Positions 52,248 through 64,000 of a stretch of 64,000 nucleotides of DNA are shown piece by piece. The DNA is taken from the NCBI GenBank assembly GCA_004431415.1, contig QPMI01000469.1, forward strand, positions 1 to 64,000, read 5' to 3'. Both the position numbers and the translations under genes were made by a program. Source of the DNA: Cyanophora paradoxa CCMP329 (Eukaryota; Plantae; Glaucophyta). How positions within the stretch are numbered: the stretch's first letter is position 1; each line of letters opens with the position of its first letter. A model generated the notes under the pieces. That model made no database searches and was not told where the DNA came from. It saw only the letters and a program-made list of their open reading frames with translations.

Positions 52248-54751
52248 GGGCGGACCTGCCCAGGGCCGCCCGAGGCGCGCGGGTCCTGCAGCTGGCCGAC
52301 CCCCACGCGGACTAAAAGGCCAGGCACGAAGCTGTCGAGGGCGCTGCTCTCCGCCACCTGTGTAGGAAATGAGGAGCGATCCGAGGAGCCGGCAGGGGAG
52401 CGCGCGCCTTCTCGAGCATGGAGCGGGTGACCCGCACACCGTTGTACCGCACCGTGTTCTCCACAATGCCCTTCGAGTCAAGCAGCGATGAGGTTGCGAC
52501 GGCGGCCGGCTCTGGGCTCAGCGCCGGCTCCTGCTTCACATCGGTAGCGTCCGGCTTGGCCGGTCTCGCCGGCGCGGGCGCCGGAGAAGACGCCGCCTCC
52601 TTCTTCACGTCGGGCTCGGAAGCAGGCAGTGGAGCCAGGGCAGGGGCGGGGGCCGCCGGCGCCGGGACTGGCGACGGGCTCGAGCGCTCGGAGTCCGCGT
52701 CCTCCGAGCGCCCCGGGCCCTGCCCGCGCTCCCGCTGTGACTCGCCTCTCTCGCGCCTGGCGGGGCCAATGGTCAGGCTCGCGCCGGGGGTGTACATGCT
52801 GCGCCGTTTCGCACTCGGAGCGCTCGCCGCCACGGTCGCCAACGCCACGGCGGCCCGAGCGCGTGTCCCCGAACGATATTCGCATGGGGCGCCCACCGCA
52901 GAGAACTCCCTGCGCTCCGTGGTGTCAGGGAAGGGAGCGGGGTGGCGAGGCGTGCGGCGGGCCTGCAAAGCGCCCAGGGCCCGCTGCGCCTCCTCCGGGG
53001 TCTCCAGCACCACAAACGCGTAGGGGCGCCCCATGAAGGTCTGCCGCATGCCCTCAGCGGCGGCGCGGGACGCAGTACGCCAAGTGGGCGGGGAGGGCGT
53101 GCCCGGATCTGCTTTAGCTTCCCGTACGGCGCGAAGAGGGGCCTCAGGTCCGAGTCGCGGACAGTGGGCGGGACCTGCTCGCGTAAACGGACAGCGGCGG
53201 GGGGAAGCGTCCGCCACACGCACGTTGCCGATGAAAAGCTCGTTCGACTGGGAGGGGGCCGGCGACGCGCGCTCCCGCTCCCTTTCCCGCTCCCGCTCCT
53301 TGTCTCGGTCCCGCTCCCGCTCCCTCTCCCGCTCGCGTTCGCGGTCACGGTCGCGGTCCCGCTCCCGCTCCCGCTCTCGGCCGGAGTCTTGACCGTCCTC
53401 CTTGCGCGCTCGCTTCTGGGAGGGGCCGTCCTCCGGGGGGGGGTCCTTGGCGCGCTCGCTCTTTATGGCCGCCGACCGCTTCTCTTCATCTGTGGCCCCA
53501 GAGGGAGGCTACGCGGCAGCCCAGGTGAGGCCCCGGGCCGCCGGAGCAAAGCGGGGCGGGGAGCGCAGGCGGACGGACCTTCCCAAAGCTGAGGCGGACA
53601 GCGCTGTTGGGGTCCTCCAGGCACTGAGAGGGGAGAAGCTTCGCCAATGTCTGTTCTAGCTCCAGCAATGCCTTTACCGCGTCCTCCTGAGAGCCGTAGT
53701 CCTGCCGTCGCGGCTCAGGGCCGTCACGTGCCGCGAGCGCGGCTGGGAAGGGGTAGCGGCACGCACCACGTAAGCAAAGGACCGCCCTTCGAAGGTCTGT
53801 GGCAGGAAAAGGGGATGAGATCAGAAGCTCTGGATTCGAGGGGCACAGAAGCACGCCACGGAAGCTAAAAGGAAACCCACCCGGATGCTTCGGATGTCAC
53901 CGAAGCGCGTGAAGATAGGACGCAGGAGCTCCTCAAACCCAAAGAAATTGACGTGGTTGATGTACAAGGTGCGCGTCGGCGGATTCGTCGCACTCCCGAC
54001 GGTCCCACGGTCCGACTCCTTGCGACCTTCGTCCCGCCCGCGCCGCTCCCGGTAGCGCTCGCGCTCGCGCTCACGTTCTCGATCCCGCTCGCGCTCACGC
54101 TCGCGCTCGCGCTCGCGTTCCCTTTCGCGCTCCCGCTCCCTCCTTTCGCGGTCCTCGCGCTCGCGCTCGCGCTCCCGATCCCGCCTCCGTTCTCGTTCCC
54201 GAGAACGAGAGCGGGAGCGAGAGTACGACCGCCTGGACCTGCCCGAGGGCGAGGCGCGTGCCCTCCGGTCGTGCATTCGGTCACGCTCCCGGTCCTCGCG
54301 ATCCCGGGGAGCGCTTCCGCGCACAGGACGCTCCCGTTTGCATCGGGAGCACACTGAAGTGTCTGCGGAATTAACCTCCAAGCAGCTGCGAGGAAGTGAA
54401 ACGCAGCGGCGGCAGCTTAGCTAACCGCTGCGGGCGGCGGGCCGTGCAGGGGCTCACCTTGACGATACGCAGACCCATAAAGGCTGTGCTCGTCGCGGGC
54501 GCTCTCTGGGCGCGCTCGACTGCATGTTCTCGGAGGGGGATGCGCAGGCGGGCGAGCTCATGGCGGCGACCTGCGACGCCACCGCCGCCAGCGTTCAGAC
54601 AAACTGTTGTCGCTCTGTTGCGCTAAGTTCGCACCTCAGCGCCTGGAACCTCGGGAATGGCGCCAGGCTCATCTTCGTGCGCTGGCGACTGCTCCTGTTC
54701 CGGCTCTACGGGCTGCTTTGCATCTTCGGGCGCGCCAGCTTCTTGCTGCAT
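49278..54751 (-). CDS. Large nuclear protein: RanBP2-type ZnF, RS/RE tracts, two RRMs, Plus3, AT-hook, CW ZnF; probably a single gene
   Basis: WVCVSSSCLEVNSADTSVCSRC; TRTLYINHV..FGDIRSIR; KLKQI..PYAFV; GLLVRVGVG..YRIAYI..FQMAYVSNQNFTQHELERW; KRGRGRPPK; WVQCDNRQCRKWRRLP..ERW/FCTM. Confidence 0.7.
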
Positions 54752-54928
54752 GCTGGCACAGCACCGCTGACCGACCTGCGGCCAAGGGGAGGAGAGGGGA
54801 GGGGGTACACCCTCACTGCAAAGGTCCGTTAGCAGGTCCACACGGCCGCGCAAGGATTGCAGTTGCAGCGCGATCGTCGAGGCATACATCGGATTCCAGC
54901 CCTAGAGGTATATACTGAGCAGTCGTAG

Positions 54929-56251
54929 ATGACCGGGGGAAAGGAAAACCTGTGCAGCGGCAACCAGGCGAGCCGCCGGTTCTCGTCCGTTCTGGCCAAG
55001 CAGCCCGGGGGGTCTGACGCACTGTCGCAGCTAGAGCATACGCATCGAGATGAGAAGAATGGCACTTCCGTAGAGCGACCCTCGAGCTCCAGGTCCGGCC
55101 GCCGAGATACGCAAGCGCCGTCAAAGGAAGTCTGAGAGTATCTGAACGTGCAGGGACAGCGGGAGAAAGTGGCAAGTGAACGATTTCGATATTGGCAAAG
55201 CATTGGTCAGTCGCCGCACCGCCTCGTGCTCGTGTCGCGCGTCCCTTGACATTCCGCAGGGCCGCGGCAAGTTCGGCAGCGTGTACCTTGCCCGCGAGAA
55301 GAGGACGAAGTATATAGTTGCTTTGAAGGTGCTTTTCAAGCAGCAGCTACAAAAGGCAGGAGTCGAGCACCAGCTCAGGCGGGAGATCGAGATTCAGGCA
55401 CACCTCCGGTATGCTCCGCGCGCGGCCCGCTTTGCGCCAAGGTGCTAATTATGCGTCAGCCATCCAAATATACTGCGCTTACACGGATATTTCTATGATC
55501 CGAGCCGGGTGTACTTGATTCTTGAGTATGCGTCGCGGGGCGAGCTTTACAAAGAGCTCCAGCGGTGTGGGAAATTCCCTGAACGCAGAACCGTCGATGT
55601 GCGCACACTGTTCTGACGCGCACATCGATCCTCTGTTTTTAACCCGTTTCGCAGTACATCCTCCAGCTGGCGCGAGCATTGATATACATGCATTCAAAGC
55701 ATGTTATCCACCGAGACCTGAAACCCGAGAACATTTTGATCTCCTCGACCGGGGAGCTCAAGATCGCGGATTTCGGCTGGGCCGTGCATGCCCCGAACTC
55801 AAGGAGGACCACTTTGTGCGGGACACTGGACTACTTGTCACCTGAAATGGTCCGACTGGTCCCCGAAATGGTTTATTTCCTGTGCTTAGTTCGAAGCAGG
55901 TGGAAGGCCGGGAACATGACGCCGCTGTCGACGTTTGGAGCCTAGGCGTGATGTGCTACGAATTTCTGGTGGGGCATCCACCTTTTGAGGCAGCTGGAAA
56001 TGATGAGACATTCAAGAAAATTTCGAAAGTAGAGATCCAGTTCCCACAATCAGTGCCGGAAGATGCACGAGATCTCATCAGCAAGGTGTGTCATTCCTGG
56101 CAAGTTGTACGTCCACTGCTGTCTGATCTTCCTTCAGCTGCTTGCTCGAGACTCCCAAAATCGGATGCCTTTGCAGGACATTTTCCACCACCCATTCTGC
56201 ACTAGGGTGCTGTCAGACCGGAGCAATCCTTCACCAGGGTCATCCGAGTAG
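54929..56251 (+). CDS. AURK: Aurora kinase with an N-terminal KEN box
   Basis: [74 protein letters not shown]. Confidence 0.95.
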
Positions 56252-56315
56252 ATTAGGATCCATTTCTCTTATCTAGAAAGGCTCCAGCCTCAATCCCCTT
56301 GGAGGCTTGCCCCTC

Positions 56316-56416
56316 CTGTCGATTGTGCATGGGGCCTTCGCTATAGGGTCCTTTGCCTTTCGTCAAAACCGTACAGCTGGCTCGGGCGTGTCTTATACAT
56401 ACTCTTCTTCTTCTTC
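56316..56416 (+). mobile_element. Family B repeat copy
   Basis: Same approximately 100-nt core plus (CTT)n tail as 24988-25087. Confidence 0.7.
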
Positions 56417-56640
56417 CCCCCTAAGGGGAAGGAATATAGCCTCCCTCGAGTGCATCGGTCTCAGCTGCAGTGCCCTCAGATCCAAATCAAAGTTCGTTGG
56501 CAGCGTCCTGCAGTGCCTCTGCACAAAGTTAGTGGGCAGCGTTACGATTAGGGTTGAGTGACTGGGGTTGGGGCATACGATTACAATTAGGGGGTTGAGT
56601 GACGTCGACTGGGCTGAGGTCGGACGTCTTTGATCGTGAT

Positions 56641-56652
56641 TAACTCCATGTT

Positions 56653-56686
<34 letters not shown>

Positions 56687-57015
56687 GCCCCAGGGCCCGC
56701 ATGCACAGGGGCTCCCGCCCGTGCACCGCCTCGAGACGACCCCCGCCGCCACAAGACGCGATGCCGCGCGCACCACGCCGTGCGGGCACACTGTGACATA
56801 TATATATAGTACATGTACGGTAGCTATTGCTAGCTAGCGCTATTGCTAGAGTTCCCGTGGGGATCCGGAGGCGCCTTACTCTCCTTAGGGGGCCACACAC
56901 ACTGTGACAGGGCCCGGCTGGCCGGGCGCGAGCTCGGTGGGCTGGGCCCGGCCCTACATTCCCACACTTGTAGCCCGGACTGGCGGTTTGAATTCAATGA
57001 TTCGTGTCCAAATTC
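56641..57015 (-). mobile_element. Family A MITE-like partial copy, reverse orientation
   Basis: Reverse complement of 13077-13375, including GCATCGCGTCTTGTGGC.GCGGGGGTCGTCTCG. Confidence 0.75.
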
Positions 57016-57805
57016 TAAAGGCCTCTTGTCAAGCTCCTCGAGCTCGGGCTCTTAAGCTTGTAGCCTCACGATCGGTGTGCCCGGGGAAGCCTCTCAGAGT
57101 CTCAGATCTAGAGTCTTCAACTTGTCTCTTACACTTTCAATGATCATTCAAAGCTCTTGTCAAAATTTGAAGTGAACTTCGGAACTTGAGCTGCAGTGTT
57201 CGCAGGGAGGCGCATGCTGGTGGGCTGGCCACATGTACATGGGCCCGCAGCTGCAGAGACGGCAGCTGCAGCACGCGCGCGCCGCGCGCGGCGCGGCGAT
57301 CGCGATCGCGATATCGATGCATATGCATATGGCGGCGCGGCCCGGCCCGGCCCGCGGCGATGGTGGCGCCGGCCATTTTGAGCCAGCCTGGCCTGCGCAG
57401 CGCTCAGGATCAGCTGCAGTGGCTAGCCGCTGAGCATGCACATTTGCCATGATGAGCCGCTGAGCCGCGGCGCGGTGCTTGCTATAGCGCTGCCGGGCTG
57501 CACTTCTCGAGCTCAGATCAGAGTCTCGCCGCGCCAGCGGGCCGGCCCCCTGGTCGACGGCGACCGGTACCCCCGCGGCCGGGCCCCACGGGGGCCGCCG
57601 CCCGCGCCGCCCCGCGGCCCCTCGCCGCCTCGGCGACGGGCTCGCTGGCGGTGGAGAACGGGGCGGGGCCGGGGCCGGGGCCGGCGCCGGCGCGGATGAG
57701 CCCGTCGCGGGAGGCGCGCTTCAGGCGATCGGTCGCGAGTTCTCGTACCCCTTTTTTGAATTTCGCGGGCTTTTGGCTCAGACCGCTCGAGAGGCATCAG
57801 CCGTG

Positions 57806-60800
57806 ATGGATGCCGGAAAAGCTGTCGAGGCGCACGCCCCGGGCAACGTGTGGCTGGCCTCGATAGATGGCGGCAGGGTCGTGAGCTGCGGCGCGGACGG
57901 CGCTGTGTGCGTATACGCCGTGTCGGACAGCTCTATCGTTCTCGAAGCCAAGGAGGTCGTGCACGACGCAGCCATCAGAGCAATCGCTTTCGATCCCAAG
58001 GCGCGTCTGCCGAGGGCAGTCTCCTCCAGTGGCTAAGTGTGCGCAGGACTCGCGCTTGGCGACGGTCGGCGAGGACCGCAAGACGCACGTCGTCTCATTC
58101 CCTTCCCTTCAGGATAAGCGCACCGCTCTCCGCTCGGGTGTCGCCGCGCGCGCGGCCGCTTTCAGCACGACCGGTCTCCTCGCGGTGAGCGTAACCCGTA
58201 TCGGAACACTTTCCGGATTCAAATTCTCATTCTGATACACCAGATTGGTGGCGAGTGCGTCCATCTAAATACAAGTCGACGTCTCGATGCGCACCGTTAA
58301 CGTTGTGGCAGCGACGACGTCGTGTCTATAATCAAATTGGCCGGTGATCAGCGTACATTCACGTTGAAAGTCACGACTCCAGTCCTCTCTGTGGCATTCA
58401 GCGCCGACGGCTCTCGCCTTGTGGTTGCTTCTTCGGATGGCTTGGTTCGTATTCACAAGGTTGAACAGGCCAGTGAATCGCTCCAGGAGGAATTCGCGGA
58501 GGCCTTATTCCCCAAAAAATCTCTTTCAACGTCTGTGCTGGCTCAAGTTCACTTCCATATGTTGTATCTGAGTGATCTTCCACAGGGCCCAAGGATCATG
58601 CCAGGTTGCTTTCAACTCGGCAGGCACCACCGTTGCTGTAGCTGGGGGCGCCGGTCCGTGTCCTTGATAATTCAGATTCGATGTTTCGATGACAAAGAGC
58701 AGACGTCGCTTTGTTGAGCAAACGCAGCTCTGGATCTTGGAAGCAATCGAGGCTTCAGAACGCTGAAGCTGTCGGTTCGACAACCCAGGTAATGCGTCTG
58801 TCGTAATACCTCCGGTTCCAACTTTTCTCAAGAGGGCAATGCAGGGAGTCGGATTCAGCTCTGATGGAAGCATGCTTGCTGTGTCGCGGGGCAAAACCCT
58901 TGAATTTTGGAATGTCAAAATCGCTTCTCTCATGCACAGGTACATAATCTCTTTAACGGACTCTTTGTGCTAGCTGGGTATGCTAGCACAAACATACACA
59001 ATCTATCTCCTGAGATGGGTATGCAGCTGTGACGCGCAGAAGCCAATTTCAAGCATACTATCTCCTTGGAACATCGACAGTCCGATTGTTGTGGTGCGTC
59101 AATTGCCAGGACTCTGTGTTGCATCTCATTCGTGGGCATGGCAGGCGGACAAAGGAGGCGGTCTCACCATTTTCAACCTGAAGATGGAAGCAGTCGTTCA
59201 AGACGAGCGTCTGGAGGTCCCTGCCGCTGCTGAGGTGCGGATAAGTGCACATGTTGTTTTCCCAGGATTAATTTTCGTGGATGCCGCAAATGATAAGGAC
59301 TGGCACGGTGCTGAGGAAGAAGAAGAGTACAACCCACAAGTCGTGGCCGAGAATCTGGTGGGCACTGAGGGCAACCCTGACCAGGAACATGATGTTGCCC
59401 AATCAATTGAGAACACGATTGATCTTGATCATGACGAGCATGATTCAAAAAGCCCGCTGAGAGCCCCTGTGCGCTTGCACACATCACGTAAAGAGATATC
59501 CAACGAAATAGGTGAGCGTAACTGAGCCACCTCAATACTTTGTTCTAACTAATTGCCTCCTTGGATGCTTCCGTAGCCGAGTGCCAGCCTGCAATCCACC
59601 CTGGTGCTACGCCGAAGAACAGAACGAATCGTCGCTTTCTTGGTAAGGCAACAGTGCGAAACATGGTTTTTATTTCTTACCACTCGTGATAGCATACAAC
59701 ATGGTTGGTTGCGTTATCACCAAGGAGGATGTCGAAGATGGTGTGTCGCACATTGAAATTGAATGGTGGGATCATGATTTCCATCGACCGATCAAGTTCC
59801 GTGATGAGTATAACTTCGATATGGCTGCGATGGGTCCGATTGTTGGTTGCACTTAGAGGTTTTTCTTTCTAATGGTCGATCTCGTGGGCAGGGAACGAGG
59901 GTGTGATTTTTGGGGGCCCGCCCAGCCCTGATGGCACTCACCCCAGTGCTATCTTCTACAAGCCATTTGATCCCTGGGCGTTGAAGAGCGATTGGACTTA
60001 CTATGCAGCAAACGCTATAGAGGAGGAGTTTGATGGTGAGCTTTTGATCTATCAAGCACGCCTGATTATTTTACACATTCTGCGTGTGCAGCTGTGGCGA
60101 TGGGCTCTGGTTGGGTTGCTGCATCTTCGTCTTCTAAATCCGCTGGACAACTGCTACGGATCATTTCATTGGGCGGTGTACAAATGCATGTGATTTCTTT
60201 AAGCGGCGCTGTGGTCGCACTAGCTGGCTCGGGAAATCGCCTTGCCGTGGTTCAACATCACACTGCTCCAGTCGATGGTGCAATGTCCTCATTGTCTCTT
60301 TCCCGTCCTCATTGTCTCTTTCCCCAATCGGCCCACTGAAAGAGCCTTTGCAGCAAGCCAGATCCAGATGGTTACGATGTACGAGGTTGGCACATCCATG
60401 AAGAAAGTCTTCACTGAAATGCTACCCCTTTCCCCAGGGGAGAAACTTCGATGGATTGGATTTTCTCCGTTCGGGGTCAGTGCATTTCCCCGATACTTTT
60501 GCTCCTTTGATTAGAGCTCACTTTTCCTTGTCTTCAGGTCGCAGCACTTGATACAAACCACATTCTTCGCGTTTACTCCGAGTCCTCTAGCACTTGGATT
60601 CCTGTTTTTGATGGGAACAGTGTGAAGAGCAGCGAAGATGCGAATGAACACTTCTTTATTGCAGGCATTGATGATCGGAAGGTCCACTGCGTGCATGTTC
60701 GGGTGTGCTTTGGCCTCCTGCTTTGAGATTCGCCCTGAAATTGCTTATCAATCCGGCAGAATGCCAGGTGGCCGGCAGTGGCCCCACGGCCTTCTGTCAC

Positions 60801-61797
60801 TGGGGTGAGCAGACAAGAGTCCTCCTGTTCCTCACGCGTGCTGCTTAGAGCCGAGCGCAGTACCCTCTGGCAATCCCTGTCCTTGGCAAGACGTCGAACT
60901 CTGCTGCTGATTTCGACTCGGAGTTGATCCTGGAGCGCATGAGGCTCACTGCACTGAGGTCCCAGCAAGAGGACCCCGCAAGTGTTCAAAGAGCCATCAC
61001 ATTGTTTGAAAAGACGCTCCTCACTCAACTAGTGGTGCGGGATGTGCATTTGGCTGTTGTGGCTCTGGAGTTGCTTGACTCGAGACTACAGAGCTTTGCC
61101 AAAAACGATTCCCTTGTTCGTGCTCTGGATCTGTTCGACCTGCTGCACCTCTCCAAGAGTCGAGACATTGCCATTCGAATGATGCAGACATTGCGCATGT
61201 CCGCCCTTGCTGAGAGGATGTACAAGTCACACCAGGTTTGTATGGCATGCTACAATCTCCTGGCAGTACTAGTTTCATTTCCGTGATTTCCTTGGCAGGA
61301 GAAAGAGGTTGCCGAAGCAGCAGCTCAGATGGCAGCCGCTTCTGATGTGCACACATCAGGACAGCCCACATCCGCCCACAGCCATGAGGGCCGCTTGCCA
61401 GAACAAGATGAGGATCAAGAGGCATCTTCACCCCCCCGACGCCAGGGTAGAACGACCTCTACAAAGGTGGCTGAGAAGCAGCAAGATGAACATGTTGTTC
61501 ATGTGGACGATTCTCCGAGTTCCTCGGAAGATGTTGCACCAGAACAGCTTCCAAAAACCGAGAGCAAGTGAGCCATGCAATGGTTTATTCGCCAGAAGTG
61601 ATGCACAGCTCAACCCGATCTGCAGGCCGGTTGATAAAGAAGCCCGCCCAAAAGCTCGCAACCCGTTTGCCAAGCTTTCAGCAAAACAGATGCCAGCAAG
61701 TGAGCCTGCAGCCCTGGGGAAGAAGACCACAGGAGAAGGAACTCGGAAGCGGCAGGTGACGATTGCCGACCGCCCTGCAAAAAAACAAAAGTCTTGA
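57806..61797 (+). CDS. WDHD1: WDHD1/AND-1/CTF4 replisome hub protein (WD40 plus SepB/Mcl1 middle domain)
   Basis: N-terminal WD40 repeats; QPAIHPGATP..RRFL/AYNMVG, FYKPFDPW..SDWT, LPLSPGEKLRWIGFS, WIPVFD, RALDLFDLL, RNPFAK. Confidence 0.88.
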
Positions 61798-62959
61798 ATA
61801 TAGATAGAGCTAGTTGTTAACTAGTAACACATTGTGGATCGCGGCCTCGAGTTGGTCACATCTGCGGCATGCGATGTTGATGTGATCCGCACCGCTTGAA
61901 AGCATGCAGGCCTACGTCGACGCGTGGTTACGAGGATCTTTTCATCAGCGCGGAGAGCATTAGCCTAGTAGGCTCATGAAGGAGTTCCGCTTATGCCATG
62001 GTGATTCGATTACGATCACGATTAGGATCACTTCGTCATTGTTCCGGGGGGGCCCGGGACCACATCGCGATCGATATCGTGGCCTTTGGTAATATCGAAC
62101 ACTCCTTGATCTTAGCTATAGTGATCATGACCGAAGACTCCTGGATTGGGAGTGTATATATATAGGGGTTCCAGATCCGTGTCTGCACACTCGCCCTAGC
62201 TATCCGGATGAAAATGAGAATTAATCTGGTGGGCACATATGGCATGTAGCTATATATATAGCTAGCTAGAGTGTCCGCGGAGCTATATATAGGGGGCCAC
62301 GCATACGCAGGGCCCGGCCCAGCCGGCGCGCGCGGCCGCAGTACCATAGAAGTACACCCAGTACACCCCACACTTGGTAGCCTGGGCTCAGTGTGACTTG
62401 TGGTTTGAATTCGTGTCCAAATGCTGCTAGTGAATCATTTTTGAATCCTTTTTTGTGTCACTGGGTACGTCACAGTGCTGCCCATGGCCAGTTGCAATTG
62501 ATGAATTCGAAGAATTCGAAACTTGAAATGAGAAAAGTAAGAATGAAAGATTCCTCCCCATGCAGTACGTATACATACGTATACGTATACGTGGCATCGG
62601 CTGTGATCATATGCATGCAGACCGGACATCGGATTCGTCGCGATCGCCCCCGCCGAGCTCGAGTCGATCATGCATGCCATGATGCATATGAATTTCCGAA
62701 TTCGGATTCACTGTCATTAAGAAACTTGAAACATGCCATATGCATGATAAGCCCGTGCCACTGGGCCATGGTACCTGTGTATTTTTTGACGCGACATTGA
62801 CACAAGATGTCGATCACTGAGTCAGCTGCAGCTAGCTATAGCTGTTTGACTGGTACTGTACGTACGTATACATGTACATGTAGCTGCGTATGCGAATCGA
62901 AATTGAGCCTCGGAGATTGAAACTGAGGTAAATTGAATAAGAGAGAGAGAGAGAGAGAG

Positions 62960-64000
62960 AAATGCAGTAGACACATCCACGCCAGCACTGCGGCAAGACT
63001 GGGTATGACAAAGCCGCAGAGGCCCCGAATGGGACGTGCAAGGCCCGTCAGGGACCCACTAGCGTGGGGAATGAGTGGAAGCCACGTACAGGACCTGGGC
63101 CACCACCCCCAGGGCGCCAGCAGAATGGAAAGCCAACCTATGTGGACACCCGACGGCGCCACAGAGGAAGAGCCTGAATCCCCGTGGGCTCTACTAGGCT
63201 AAGGAGAAGGAATACAGCCTGTGCATGCCCCGCTCCGGAAGGGACGCAAAAGATGGTGCCGCATCCAGTTGAGAGGCGTGCGGCGGTAGGGCACTGCAGC
63301 ACTGCGGCACTGCGGGGATACGTGCTGGGACGAATCAACTTTCGAACCCCAGATCATGATTGAAATTGTTGGCGATAGAGCATTTGGACAACAATCGAAG
63401 GCGAAATCAAGCTAATGCAGATGCTCTTTCTAGGTGACGGCAGATGGCTGGGCCCAATCATCTTTTTGTTTTCGATTTCCGACCCTGCAGACGGACAACA
63501 GAGAACCTCAAAAAATGATTAAAGGATGGTAAAAGGTCCAATATGTGATCTCACCCAAGGGCGGCTGCCTGCTGCTTGCCACTGATTCCAGTCGAATAAT
63601 TGGCTGTCCAGTGAGGGATCTTCGGATGAAGCCCTTGAAGGTCTGGATGGTGAATGCGCTTCAAGCTCTGGGGGATGCGGAAGCTGGTGGTTGTTGGCGG
63701 GGGCGTTTGGGATGTTGGAGATTCGGGGAAGGCCGGAGGGCGCCGTCCGTGAAAAGCTCTGTGAACCGACACGAAAAGGGACATCACAGAATCGAGCTGT
63801 GAGCTCTATGAAACGTGCTCTGAGAGACAGGGGCAGAGCTGATGGATCAAGCGGTTCGGGAGGGAGGTCGTGTTCTGAAGCGAAGGAAGCGGCTAGCTTC
63901 TCAAAAGTAGGCGAAAAAGGGCCTTGCCGCGAAGTAGCTTGCTGAGTTGTAAGCTCCTTCTGGAGCCGTGCAATCGTGCCCTCAAGGAGGGTGATCTTCG
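62960..64000 (-). CDS. Probable 3-prime part of a hypothetical coiled-coil protein entering from the right edge
   Basis: Open frame KITLLEGTIARLQKELTTQQ..HDLPPEPLDPSALP followed by intron-like blocks. No domain recognised; end uncertain. Confidence 0.3.

Noticed and set aside
63377-63427. Mini element with AGAGCATTTG..CAGATGCTCT inverted ends resembling family A
   Set aside because: The match is only about 10-13 nt and may lie within a minus-strand gene; chance cannot be excluded.

Overview
GC-rich eukaryotic nuclear DNA with many short (about 45-70 nt) spliceosomal introns, a good share with GC donors. It comes from a photosynthetic alga with a primary plastid. Plastid proteins (ChlM, NTT, RidA, Obg) have transit peptides with Phe in the first 2-4 residues and no signal peptide; with the high intron density and a flagellar ARMH2-like gene, this points to a glaucophyte such as Cyanophora (inference). 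Genes, spliced by eye: NUMOD3 protein, mitochondrial ClpP, ChlM, an HSP90 fragment, CKS1, SAE1, plastid NTT, AP2 sigma, GALT, COQ6, tRNA-Val(CAC), Sfp-type PPTase, RidA, ARMH2-like, RPS21, a triplicated LRR gene, plastid Obg, LpxA-like, a large RanBP2-ZnF/RRM/Plus3/AT-hook/CW protein, Aurora kinase and WDHD1/CTF4. Intergenic DNA holds a decayed Gypsy/Ginger-type integrase, MITE- and SINE-like families, tandem satellites and a 2.2-kb foldback. Top leads: (1) an NTT with a spliced-on DnaJ-type zinc finger; (2) an ARMH2 (CatSper-associated) homolog in an alga; (3) a mutational signature that inserts short inverted duplications into non-coding DNA; (4) an LpxA paralog lacking its catalytic residues; (5) an unusual multidomain protein combining RNA-binding, elongation and chromatin-reader domains. 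Exon boundaries and homology calls come from manual reading and recall, not database searches.
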